From positions 16,217-80,216 of the forward strand of contig DUQK01000018.1 of assembly GCA_012837835.1 (NCBI GenBank): 64,000 nt of DNA, given 5' to 3'. Every line of letters starts with the position of its first letter. Within the stretch, counting starts at the first letter, position 1. The DNA comes from Christensenellaceae bacterium. Lineage in GTDB: Bacteria; Bacillota; Clostridia; Christensenellales; Aristaeellaceae. The notes below the pieces were generated by a model, which did not search any database, was not told the DNA's origin, and saw only the letters and a list, made by a program, of their open reading frames with translations. Shown here one piece after another: positions 45,351 to 54,484 of this stretch. A program made the position numbers and the translations under genes.

Positions 45351-46850
45351 ATGAAGAAACTAACCGCACTGTTACTAGCCCTTATGATGGCTCTATCCCT
45401 CACCGGCATGGTAGCCGCAGAGGATGCTAAGGAAGCAAAGTACGTGTTCTTTTTCGTAGGCGACGGAATGGGTAGCCCGCAGATAACTGCAACACGTTAT
45501 TTCCTTGGAACGGTAAATAACCCCGATGCCCCGTTCCCCGTACCCGCTGAGCTTAGCTTCACCACTTTCAAGAGCGGCGGTCTTATGACCACTTATGACT
45601 CCACCAGCTTCTGCCCGGACTCCGCTTCCACAGCAAGCTCCATGGCGTCAGGTGAAAAGACGCTTTCAGGCGTTATCAACTATGATGTGAATTTAGAGCG
45701 TCAGTTCAAACCCATTACCGAGTATGCAAAGGCAGCTGGCAAAAAGATTGGTATAATTTCTAGCGTATCTATTGACCACGCCACCCCCGCTGCATTCTAT
45801 GCCAAGGTTCCCCATCGCAGCGCTTATTATGACATTGCTGTACAAGGCTTAACTGGCGACACAATCGACCTTATCGGCGGCGGTGGATACAAGCAGCCTA
45901 CAGGCAAAGAAAAAGATAAGAAAGATGTATTCGAAATAGCCAAAGAGAATGGCTTCACATTCATAAATGACAATGATGCTATCCGCAACCTTAAGCCCGA
46001 AGACGGCGAACGTATACTTATGATAGCTCCTGACCTTGCCGGCTCCGATGCAATGCAGTACGAAGTAGACCGTCGCCGTATAAATGCAGAAGGCGGAGAT
46101 TCACTTTCACTGGCAGATTTCACCAAATCAGCAATCAACTACCTGAAAGATAACGAAGAAGGCTTCTTCATGATGATAGAAGGCGGAAAGCTTGACTGGG
46201 CTTGCCACGCCAACGATGCAGTAACCACCATGTACGAAACCATCGCCCTGTCAGACGCAGTACAGGTTGCAGTAGACTTTGCAAAGGAACATCCCGATGA
46301 GACCCTTATCGTCGTAACTGGCGACCACGAAACTGGCGGTCTTACCATAGGCTTTGCCACCACCTGGTATGACACATTCTTTAACTACCTCGACAACCAG
46401 AATGTATCCTATGAGGATTTTGACAAACGCGTTGCTAAGATGCGTGAAGACGGCGTCTCATTTGAAGATGCAATGGCAGTAGTTGAAGAGTGCTACGGCA
46501 TGTCCATGGAAGAAGGCAAAGAGCTTAGCCTTATCGCAAGTGAAATTGCCCGTATGAAGGATGCCTATACCATGAGCATGCTTCCCAAGGCACAGCGCGT
46601 AATAGGCGAACAGGAAAGCTTCCTATACGGCGGTTATGAACCCTTCACCGTAACCAGCGCACACATTCTTAACAACAAGGCAGGCCTTGCGTACACATCC
46701 TATGCGCACACAGGGCTACAGATACCCGTATACGCCGAAGGCGTAGGCGCGGAAAACTTCCTCGGCTTCTTCGACAACACTGATGTATTCTTCAGCTTTA
46801 TGAGTGCCATGGGCTTGACCCCTGACAATGTTGAGGCGGCTGCGAAATAA
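45351..46850 (+). CDS. Secreted alkaline phosphatase (PhoA family)
   Basis: Signal peptide MKKLTALLLALMMALSLTGMVAA. Motifs VGDGMG, active-site DSASTAS and GDHETGG. Confidence 0.85.
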   Translation: MKKLTALLLALMMALSLTGMVAAEDAKEAKYVFFFVGDGMGSPQITATRYFLGTVNNPDAPFPVPAELSFTTFKSGGLMTTYDSTSFCPDSASTASSMASGEKTLSGVINYDVNLERQFKPITEYAKAAGKKIGIISSVSIDHATPAAFYAKVPHRSAYYDIAVQGLTGDTIDLIGGGGYKQPTGKEKDKKDVFEIAKENGFTFINDNDAIRNLKPEDGERILMIAPDLAGSDAMQYEVDRRRINAEGGDSLSLADFTKSAINYLKDNEEGFFMMIEGGKLDWACHANDAVTTMYETIALSDAVQVAVDFAKEHPDETLIVVTGDHETGGLTIGFATTWYDTFFNYLDNQNVSYEDFDKRVAKMREDGVSFEDAMAVVEECYGMSMEEGKELSLIASEIARMKDAYTMSMLPKAQRVIGEQESFLYGGYEPFTVTSAHILNNKAGLAYTSYAHTGLQIPVYAEGVGAENFLGFFDNTDVFFSFMSAMGLTPDNVEAAAK

Positions 46851-46872
46851 AAATATCCTGTCTTGACCTCTT

Positions 46873-46908
46873 AGACATCCCGTCTCCCCCCTTGACGGGA
46901 TGTCTTTT
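46873..46908 (+). terminator. Rho-independent terminator
   Basis: 12-bp stem agacatcccgtc/gacgggatgtct (46873-46884 / 46894-46905), then TTTT. Confidence 0.8.
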
Positions 46909-47018
46909 AAAAACTCTAACTTTTGCTAAAATAAGACCCCGAATGTATTTACCATAGCTTAACCCGCCCCTTTATACAGCTATGTTAAACAGGCAATATG
47001 TACTAATGGAGGTAAACA

Positions 47019-48140
47019 ATGCATTTTGTTAAAAATAAATGGGTACATTTTCTTGTTATTATTATATTAAGCGCACTTCTACTAATGATTCCTGACCCTA
47101 TTCAAAATGAATCAATGGCAATACCTAGAGCGCAGGTTGAAATTCTATCCGTAAATAATGATGTGCTTGATCCAGTAGGCATAGTTTATAACGGTGCACA
47201 GGATTGTATAGTACGCATAAACGAGGGTGAGCATAAGGGTAAGGAAATCCCCGCTCAAAACTATATGAACGCCGCGCTTGATAAGGATAAGCTGTTTAAA
47301 CCCGGCGACAAGGCGATATGCATGATACATGATAGGGAAACGGGCATAAGCGGCACTCTTGTAGACCATGATAGGCGCGCTGTTATGATACTGCTTGTAG
47401 CTCTGTTGTTTGTAATGCTAACCATATTTGGCGGCACATCTGGAGTTGGCGCTTCTATATCGCTTGCGTTTACTGCAATAGTTATATGGAAATTATATAT
47501 ACCCCTTATGCTAAAGGGCTTCCCGCCTGTAATTACTGCCATAGGGCTTATAATTGTGCTTGGTATAGTTATGTGCGTGCTGGTTGCAGGAGCTAACAAG
47601 CGTGCGCTTACAGCGATACTTGGCGGCTTTGGCGGTACGGTAGTTACAATTCTGCTTGGTGTGCTGTTTACTAAGCTATTCATGCTTGATGGCGGAGTGC
47701 TCCCATATATAGTGCCGTTGCTATCCCAAAGCGGAATGCAGTTCAACATGAACGAGCTGTTCCTATGCACTATATTTATAGGTAATGCCGGCGCTGTAAT
47801 AGACCTTGCCATGGATATAGCCGCAGGCTGCACGGAAGTTATAACCCACGCGCCTGATATATCAGCAAGAAAGCTATTTATGTCTGGAATAAACATAGGC
47901 AGAATGGATATAGGTACCATGTCTAACACGCTTGTTATGAGCTATGCTGGCGGTTTTTTAAGTATGCTGCTTTATTTTAGCGGTCAAGGTACGCCCGTTA
48001 TAGATATACTAAACTACCGCTTTGTAGTGGCAGAGATAATGGTAACGCTTGTAGGCTGCTTTGGTCTTATAAGCGCAGCTCCTCTAACAAGTTTCATAGC
48101 TGCAAAAATAATGACAGGAAAACCATTCTTGAAAGAATAG
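47019..48140 (+). CDS. YibE/F-family membrane protein
   Basis: One N-terminal TM segment, an roughly 90-aa extracytoplasmic beta domain, then 6 TM segments. Layout and Gly-rich helices resemble YibE/F. Confidence 0.55.
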   Translation: MHFVKNKWVHFLVIIILSALLLMIPDPIQNESMAIPRAQVEILSVNNDVLDPVGIVYNGAQDCIVRINEGEHKGKEIPAQNYMNAALDKDKLFKPGDKAICMIHDRETGISGTLVDHDRRAVMILLVALLFVMLTIFGGTSGVGASISLAFTAIVIWKLYIPLMLKGFPPVITAIGLIIVLGIVMCVLVAGANKRALTAILGGFGGTVVTILLGVLFTKLFMLDGGVLPYIVPLLSQSGMQFNMNELFLCTIFIGNAGAVIDLAMDIAAGCTEVITHAPDISARKLFMSGINIGRMDIGTMSNTLVMSYAGGFLSMLLYFSGQGTPVIDILNYRFVVAEIMVTLVGCFGLISAAPLTSFIAAKIMTGKPFLKE

Positions 48141-48306
48141 TAATAGGTTCGCCTTATATAATTATTTATATACACAAACATATCCCCGACATTGCATTAT
48201 GTGTCGGGGGTACATTTATGAGCTATCTGCCATATTGTGTTTATCGTACAGGTCATTCCCTAGACATAAAGATAGTATGCCTCATTCAACACTTCAATTT
48301 CCCAAA

Positions 48307-49899
48307 TTAAGGTTTAATAAAGCCATATCTATCAAAGGTTACTTTTCCGTTCATCATTGTAATAAGCACCTGAATATCCTTAATATTATCAGGCTCAACT
48401 TCATGCGGGTCGTTAGATAAAATTACCAAATCGGCATAATGACCTATATCAAGTTTACCTAATCTATCTTCCATGCGTATGGCATAAGCGGATTCTTCAC
48501 TGTAATTTGAAAGAGCTTCTGCAACGGTTACTTTTTCTAAAGGCATAAAACCTTCCGGCGGATTACCTTTTAAATCCTTTCGAGTTACAGCACAATACAA
48601 GCATTCCAGTGGATTCGGGTCTTCAATCGGCGCATCGGTGCCGTATGAGGTGTGCGCCCCTAAGTCCATCTGTGTTTTAAACGCATATGAAGTTTTTGCC
48701 AACTCCTTGCCTACACGGTTTGCCACAATGTGCAAGTCATAGTGTAGGAAAATCGGCTGATAAAACACCTGCAAATTATGTTTCGCTGTTTTTTTAAGAA
48801 GGTCTAAGTCCGTAATCTGGTGATGAACTATTCCCGAGCGCAAGGGATTACCTTCATCGTTTACTGTTGCCAAGGCATCAATCGTATGCGCTACCGCTCC
48901 GTCGCCTATTGCGTGTACTATAAGCGGTAGATTGTATTTTTTGGCAATTAGCCCAAGAGCTTTTATCTTTTCATTAGGAAGTGTGTCTACACCGCATGTA
49001 GTAGGGTCATCATGATAAGGTTTCCGCATAAGCGCTGTACGCGCACCCAGCGAGCCGTCTTTAAATAATTTGAGCGCAGACAGACGGTGTCTATCTGAAA
49101 ACAGCTCACTGTTTGTCCATTCCTTTAGAAACATTTCCAAAGCCTGTTCATCTTCATAAGTAAACTGATGAAACACCCGTACCTTAAGTTCGCCGTTTTT
49201 GTCAAAGCGGTTTAAAATCCTCAGTATTTTATCCTGATTAAATTCATACAGGTCATTTGTCTGAACAGCGGTAATCCCAAGGGAGCTCACATAGTCCATG
49301 GCTTTGCGGTAGTAACTTTCAATATCTGCTTCGCTCATTTCAGGGAAAATCCTCTGCACATAGCCTAGCGCTGTTTCATGCAAAATGCCGTTTGGAACGC
49401 CATTAGCGTCGCGAACAAATGCGCCGCCGTCAGGGTCTTTAGTGTCCTTTGTTACACCCGCCATTTGGAGCGCTTTAGAATTTGCCACCCCTATATGTCC
49501 GCACACGCGCGTAAACACTATGGGCTTGTCTGTGCAAATCCTATCCAAATCGTCCTTAGTCGGCATGACAGGTGCGTCAGTAAAATAATCCTGATTCCAC
49601 CCTCTACCTATAATGTAATCCTTGTCCGGGTTATCTAAAATATACTGCCTGCCCAAACGCACAATATCCTCAATGCTTTTTGCTTCTTGCAAGCGTAAAA
49701 TAGACAGCATACGCCCTATGCTTAGCAAGTGCATATGTGAATCGTGAAATCCCGCAACCACAGTTTTGCCTTGTGCATCTATCTGCTGTTCTGCCTGTTG
49801 AGCTTCATCGAAGTCTATGATTTTACCATCCCTAATTGTGATGCTGTGTTTTATACCCTGCGGTGTGTAAATTTTTGCGTTCTTAATTATGGTTTTCAT
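48307..49899 (-). CDS. Amidohydrolase-family protein (YtcJ-like, Amidohydro_3)
   Basis: GFHDSHMHLL metal-binding H-x-H block, a later HAIGD and a C-terminal GTDAP. 530 aa. Confidence 0.75.
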   Translation of the reverse strand: MKTIIKNAKIYTPQGIKHSITIRDGKIIDFDEAQQAEQQIDAQGKTVVAGFHDSHMHLLSIGRMLSILRLQEAKSIEDIVRLGRQYILDNPDKDYIIGRGWNQDYFTDAPVMPTKDDLDRICTDKPIVFTRVCGHIGVANSKALQMAGVTKDTKDPDGGAFVRDANGVPNGILHETALGYVQRIFPEMSEADIESYYRKAMDYVSSLGITAVQTNDLYEFNQDKILRILNRFDKNGELKVRVFHQFTYEDEQALEMFLKEWTNSELFSDRHRLSALKLFKDGSLGARTALMRKPYHDDPTTCGVDTLPNEKIKALGLIAKKYNLPLIVHAIGDGAVAHTIDALATVNDEGNPLRSGIVHHQITDLDLLKKTAKHNLQVFYQPIFLHYDLHIVANRVGKELAKTSYAFKTQMDLGAHTSYGTDAPIEDPNPLECLYCAVTRKDLKGNPPEGFMPLEKVTVAEALSNYSEESAYAIRMEDRLGKLDIGHYADLVILSNDPHEVEPDNIKDIQVLITMMNGKVTFDRYGFIKP

Positions 49900-49952
49900 A
49901 TGTCCTCCATTTGGTTTTTTAAAATATTGATACTAGCTTATGGCTTAAGTTA

Positions 49953-50546
49953 TTAATTATCCCAAACCATAACACCTACAACTTCGTATATGTTTTTCCC
50001 TACTTTTTCTTCAAAATATGCTTTTAGTTTTATATTTGCATCCCATTTTTCTTGTGGATAATTGCCGTATCGCATCTTAATATCGTTCATTCTATCCTCA
50101 ATATACATTACACCATCAGTGCCTGCTATGGAATCGCAGAGTTGGATTAATCTGTCATAGTCGTCAAAAACTACTTTCTGCAAATTGGTCTTGATTAAAT
50201 TAAGCTCTTCATCGCTTGTGTCAAATTTACCAACATAATCATCCAAGCTTTTATTATGAAAGGAATGGGTTAAACATATTTTAGCTACATCGGAATAACC
50301 TAAAGACATCATGTAGGTATAACCATCTGATATATGTCCAAGTTGCCGAAAACCGAATTTTCTGCCTATATCATGAAGCAAGCCTAAAACATAAGCCTTG
50401 TCAGGGTCTAAGCCATCACAAACTTCAGCTATTTTTTGCGCGCAATGGGCAGTAACTCGGCTATGCCTTACCCAAGCCCCGGGATTGCATTTTTCCGCTT
50501 CTTTTAATATTGATATAGCTTTTTGTTTGTCGGGGTGTTTTTTCAT
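49953..50546 (-). CDS. HD-domain phosphohydrolase
   Basis: ATG 50546 follows GGAGAG. HD motif (H...LLHDIGR). Confidence 0.7.
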   Translation of the reverse strand: MKKHPDKQKAISILKEAEKCNPGAWVRHSRVTAHCAQKIAEVCDGLDPDKAYVLGLLHDIGRKFGFRQLGHISDGYTYMMSLGYSDVAKICLTHSFHNKSLDDYVGKFDTSDEELNLIKTNLQKVVFDDYDRLIQLCDSIAGTDGVMYIEDRMNDIKMRYGNYPQEKWDANIKLKAYFEEKVGKNIYEVVGVMVWDN

Positions 50547-50730
50547 GCTAACTCTCCAATTGCTCTTTTTAATAACATCCAATGTGTATTTTAACCATTA
50601 ATAAGCGAATAGACAAATAATAGCATATAGGAATTATTTTATATGCTTGTAAACCGCACTAAAAGCCTTGCCATGTTTTGTAAAATATGGTACCATTGAT
50701 ATGTATTTAGGGATTAAGGGAGGTGGCTGC

Positions 50731-50832
50731 ATGGACAGTTGTGATAGTAGTACTAATAATGCAAAGTCTGATAGTTTATGCGGTAGCATATGCATGTTGC
50801 TGTGCCCACAGCTGCCATGTGGAAATTTCTAG
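50731..50832 (+). CDS. Cys-rich 33-aa micro-ORF (hypothetical peptide)
   Basis: GGGAGGTG (50718-50725), 5 nt, then ATG. Reads MDSCDSSTNNAKSDSLCGSICMLLCPQLPCGNF then TAG. A terminator-like hairpin lies about 30 nt downstream. Not in the ORF track because it is under 60 aa. Confidence 0.4.
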   Translation: MDSCDSSTNNAKSDSLCGSICMLLCPQLPCGNF

Positions 50833-50859
50833 CTATAGCCTAGTTTAATATGCCTATTT

Positions 50860-50896
50860 TACCGCTTAGACTATGATGTCTTATGGCGGTATTTTT
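50860..50896 (+). terminator. Terminator/attenuator hairpin between the micro-ORF and mgtE
   Basis: taccgc/gcggta stem (50860-50865 / 50886-50891) with imperfect inner pairing, followed by TTTTT (50892-50896). Confidence 0.5.
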
Positions 50897-51057
50897 GTGC
50901 CCTTTTTAAGAACTTAATACCGTTTCCCCGTGGCAATAGGCTTAGAATTTGAGATATTATTAGCGAATTCTTTGCAAATGCCGCTGTTATAACGCTTATG
51001 GCGTTAAAACGACTAAAATCACATTATATAGAAAACAAAAATATATGGAGGTGTAAT

Positions 51058-52386
51058 ATGGTAAAGGAAAGATACAACCTTGAGGAGCTTACTACTCTAC
51101 AAGAAAAAATTAACGCAATGAATCCGGTTGACTTGGCAGAGGAGTTTAATGAATTATCTGAGTATGAGATAATTCTAAGGATTAAACTTCTAAGTAAAGA
51201 CCATCTGGCAGATACATTTGCGCTGCTAAATAAAGATAAGAAAATACAGATTATAGAAGCTCTTTCTGATAAAAATATAAGGAGCCTTATAAAAGAACTC
51301 GATGAGGACGAGATAGTCGATACTCTTCAGGAGCTGCCCGCTAATATGGTAAGAAAGCTCATGCAGCATTTTGTAGATGATAAAAGGCGGCATGCAATAA
51401 ACCAGCTGCTTGGATACCCGGAAGAAAGCGTAGGCTCTATAATGTCGGTAAACTTCCTATCGGTAAAAATTACGGATAACCCCAAGGAAGCTATAAGCCG
51501 AGTGCTTATTTCAGACCTTGATGCCGATAAACTTGAACAGATTTGGATTACAGATGAATCCCTAATACTTGCGGGCTATGTAAACCTAGCGGACTTACTT
51601 AAAAACCCGAGCAGCAGTATGGAGGAATTACTCCATCCTATAACAAGCAGCGTTTACGCAACGGATGACCAAGAAGTTGTAGCAAAACTTGCGTATAAAT
51701 ATGACTTAGCTGAGATACCTGTTACGGATTCTGAGGGCAGGCTAATAGGCGTAGTGCCTGCAGAGTGGGCTATAGACATACTGCACGAGGAATACGAAGA
51801 GGACATTGCCAATATCCACGGTATAAAGGAAACGCATAAGGAGCCATATCTTAAGCAATCCGCATTTACAATGGCAAAGGATAGGACGACTTGGCTTGTA
51901 ATATGCCTTATAACTGCAACCGTTACGGGCGTAATAATTCAAAAATATGAAGCTGTGCTTGCGGCAAGCGTTATATTAACAGCCTATATACCCATGCTTA
52001 TGGATTCCGGCGGAAATGCGGGTTCACAAGCATCAACCACTGTTATACGCGCGCTATATGCGGGGGAGCTAAGCTATAAAGAGATATTCAAAGTGATGTT
52101 TAAAGAGCTTAAGGTTGGTATATATGCAGGTGTTGCGCTTGTAATAGTAAATATGATAAGGATATTCCTGCTTGATTCTGTAAGTATACAGGTTAATTTA
52201 ACTGTGTCTATAACGCTGCTGCTGACAATAATACTATCTAAAATTATAGGCGGAGCGCTTCCGCTTATAGCTGACAGGCTAAAGATAGACCCTACCATTA
52301 TGGCGGGTCCACTTATCACAACTATAGTAGATACATTTGTGCTTATTATATATTTTGAGGTTGCAAGTTTCTTCCTTGGGCTTTAA
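51058..52386 (+). CDS. mgtE: Magnesium transporter MgtE
   Basis: ATG 51058 follows GGAGGTG. MgtE-N domain, two CBS domains and the TM block PMLMDSGGNAGSQ. Confidence 0.9.
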   Translation: MVKERYNLEELTTLQEKINAMNPVDLAEEFNELSEYEIILRIKLLSKDHLADTFALLNKDKKIQIIEALSDKNIRSLIKELDEDEIVDTLQELPANMVRKLMQHFVDDKRRHAINQLLGYPEESVGSIMSVNFLSVKITDNPKEAISRVLISDLDADKLEQIWITDESLILAGYVNLADLLKNPSSSMEELLHPITSSVYATDDQEVVAKLAYKYDLAEIPVTDSEGRLIGVVPAEWAIDILHEEYEEDIANIHGIKETHKEPYLKQSAFTMAKDRTTWLVICLITATVTGVIIQKYEAVLAASVILTAYIPMLMDSGGNAGSQASTTVIRALYAGELSYKEIFKVMFKELKVGIYAGVALVIVNMIRIFLLDSVSIQVNLTVSITLLLTIILSKIIGGALPLIADRLKIDPTIMAGPLITTIVDTFVLIIYFEVASFFLGL

Positions 52387-52398
52387 GTAGAAAAGCCA

Positions 52399-53535
52399 TT
52401 AAAAAGCTATTGCGGATAGTGCGTTTATGGTTTCTTCTATATTTCTTTCGGTGTTGAAGTAGGATATGCTAAGCCGCACAGCGCCCTGCTTTTCTGTGCC
52501 CAGTGCCTCATGCATTTTGGGAGCGCAATGTGCGCCGCTGCGCGTGCATATATCATATTCAGTTGAGAGTATATCTGAAACCGTGGAGGAATCCATATCG
52601 CCTACGTTTATAGAGAGGGTGCTTGTCCTCTCTTTTTGGTATATATCACCGTATATTGTAATATTATCTATAGTTTGCAGTCCCATATAAAGCTGCGTAA
52701 ACAGAGCCATTTTCCTTGCGATAATGTTTTCAAGCCCTGTTTCATTTATGAATTTAAGTGCGAATAACAACCCCGCTATGCTGTGTATGTTCTGCGTGCC
52801 TGCTTCAAGGCGGTCAGGGTAGTTTATGGGCTGGTCGTGGCTAAATGAATCTATCCCGGTACCTCCGTATATAAGCGGGTCTATACGGGTGCTTTTTTTC
52901 ATACAAAGCCCGCCTGTACCCTGCGGACCCATTAGGTATTTATGCCCTGTAAAGCAGAGTATGTCGGCATTCATGTTGTTAAAGTCTATAGGTATGCTGC
53001 CTGCGCTCTGCGCCGCATCTACTATAAAAAGCAGCTCATTTTTCTTGGCAAATTTACCAAATGCAGCTATATCAACAGAATTACCCGTTACATTTGATGC
53101 GTGGGTTAATACAAGCGCTTTAGTATCTCGCCTTAATAACCTTTTGGCATCTTCAACATGTATATTGCCGATATCATCTGCGGGTAAAAAGTCTATGCTT
53201 ATTCCGGCGGTTTGTTGCATACGATATAACGGGCGAAGCACAGCATTATGCTCAAGTACACTTGTAATAACATGGCTGCCCGGTTCTATTGCGCCTAATA
53301 TTGCGGTATTAAGCGCGGTTGTGGCGTTTGCGCAGAAAGCTACTGTTTGGTTATCGCCAAGGTTAAATAGCTTGGCAATTTCTTTCCTGGCTTCGTGCAG
53401 GGTTCTACCCGCCCATATGGCGCTGGTATAAGCGCCCCTTGCGTAGCTGCCGCTTTCATTTATTGCGTTTGCAACGGCTTCGGCTACGCCTACGGGTTTT
53501 AACATTGTAGTTGCTGAATTATCTAAGTAAATCAT
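52399..53535 (-). CDS. Class V aminotransferase-fold cysteine desulfurase / selenocysteine lyase family protein
   Basis: PLP lysine in FTGHKYLMGPQGTGGL and active-site Cys in RSGAHCAP. 378 aa. Confidence 0.8.
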   Translation of the reverse strand: MIYLDNSATTMLKPVGVAEAVANAINESGSYARGAYTSAIWAGRTLHEARKEIAKLFNLGDNQTVAFCANATTALNTAILGAIEPGSHVITSVLEHNAVLRPLYRMQQTAGISIDFLPADDIGNIHVEDAKRLLRRDTKALVLTHASNVTGNSVDIAAFGKFAKKNELLFIVDAAQSAGSIPIDFNNMNADILCFTGHKYLMGPQGTGGLCMKKSTRIDPLIYGGTGIDSFSHDQPINYPDRLEAGTQNIHSIAGLLFALKFINETGLENIIARKMALFTQLYMGLQTIDNITIYGDIYQKERTSTLSINVGDMDSSTVSDILSTEYDICTRSGAHCAPKMHEALGTEKQGAVRLSISYFNTERNIEETINALSAIAF

Positions 53536-53765
53536 AATATCAAATAATAAATATGTGCGCTTGTAATGTCTATGCTTTTAAGTGCGTCTGTCAGCTCTTT
53601 TTCTAAATTAGACTCCGCTCTCCATGCAAGTCCGCAGCCTGCGGATATACTTTCAGGTAGTGGTATAAGCCTGCCGGAAAGACCATTTTGCCTGAATACA
53701 TCTTCAGCAGCAAATGCATCTGATGTAGCGTCAAAAGCTATTACAAGCGATAACTCTTCTTTCAC
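53532..53765 (-). CDS. DUF3343-type small putative S/Se carrier protein
   Basis: 77 aa with a conserved-looking P.P..IS.GCG.A block. ATGA overlaps on both sides. Confidence 0.6.
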   Translation of the reverse strand: MKEELSLVIAFDATSDAFAAEDVFRQNGLSGRLIPLPESISAGCGLAWRAESNLEKELTDALKSIDITSAHIYYLIL

Positions 53766-54370
53766 GGTTTAACAACGCTGCTTGCATTCATCATATGCTC
53801 AGCTATGGAGTACATATTTGTAACGGTACCTATCTTTAAGGTGTCCGCTATGTCGTAAAAATTAACGCATGTGCCGCAGGTTAACACCTTTACTCCGGCA
53901 TCTTCAAGCGTTTTTATATCGTCTATGCAATCAGAGCCTTCGCATGTTAGGTATGCTCCGCTGTTGTAAAACAGTATTACAGAGGGCTTAGTTTCAAGCG
54001 TAGTAAGGGTATATAAAAAGCTTTTCATAAGCTGCTTGCCAAGCTTTTCGTCGCCCACACCCATGCAGCTTGATGATACTGCAACTACTAAATTGCTTGT
54101 CTTTGCCACTTCGTTATCTGCTTTTACGTTTTCAGCATTCGTTTTTTGAACTGCGCCTGAAACGGCAATGCTAACCTTGTATGTACTTTCATCAACCTGC
54201 TCGGCTACAGCGTCAAGACCCTCGTCCTTTGCCATTTGAAGCAGATTTTGAACAGCGGTTTTATTGTCCACAAGAGTTTCAATTGTGTCTTCGCTGCTTG
54301 ATTCCCTAATTGCCTTTTTTGTTTTAACAACAGGTATGGGGCAGTTTAGACCCCTTGCATCTATGAGCAT
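53762..54370 (-). CDS. yedF: YedF-type selenium metabolism protein (TusA/SirA-like N-domain plus DsrE-like C-domain)
   Basis: ATG 54370 follows AAGGGAGG. MLIDARGLNCPIPVVKTKKA is the TusA C-P-x-P motif. The C-terminal half is DsrE-like. Confidence 0.75.
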   Translation of the reverse strand: MLIDARGLNCPIPVVKTKKAIRESSSEDTIETLVDNKTAVQNLLQMAKDEGLDAVAEQVDESTYKVSIAVSGAVQKTNAENVKADNEVAKTSNLVVAVSSSCMGVGDEKLGKQLMKSFLYTLTTLETKPSVILFYNSGAYLTCEGSDCIDDIKTLEDAGVKVLTCGTCVNFYDIADTLKIGTVTNMYSIAEHMMNASSVVKP

Positions 54371-54484
54371 GACAATACCTCCCTTTTGTGCATTATACCA
54401 CAGCTTGTTCAAATATCAATGGCGGATTGCCAAAACAGCGCCTTGTGGTATAATGTAATCAGCCTTAAAGAAGGAGTTTTTTTG

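Noticed and set aside
47261-47929. 222-aa minus-strand ORF
   Set aside because: It is antisense to the YibE/F membrane protein gene. It is a Ser/Pro/Ile-rich shadow ORF.
50590-51057. M-box (ykoK) Mg riboswitch, expected upstream of mgtE
   Set aside because: Context makes it likely, and a terminator-like hairpin is present. However, I could not line up the conserved M-box core blocks in the right order by eye. It is not called and needs an Infernal scan.
52826-53431. 201-aa plus-strand ORF
   Set aside because: It is antisense to the cysteine desulfurase gene, which has the PLP-lysine and active-site Cys motifs.
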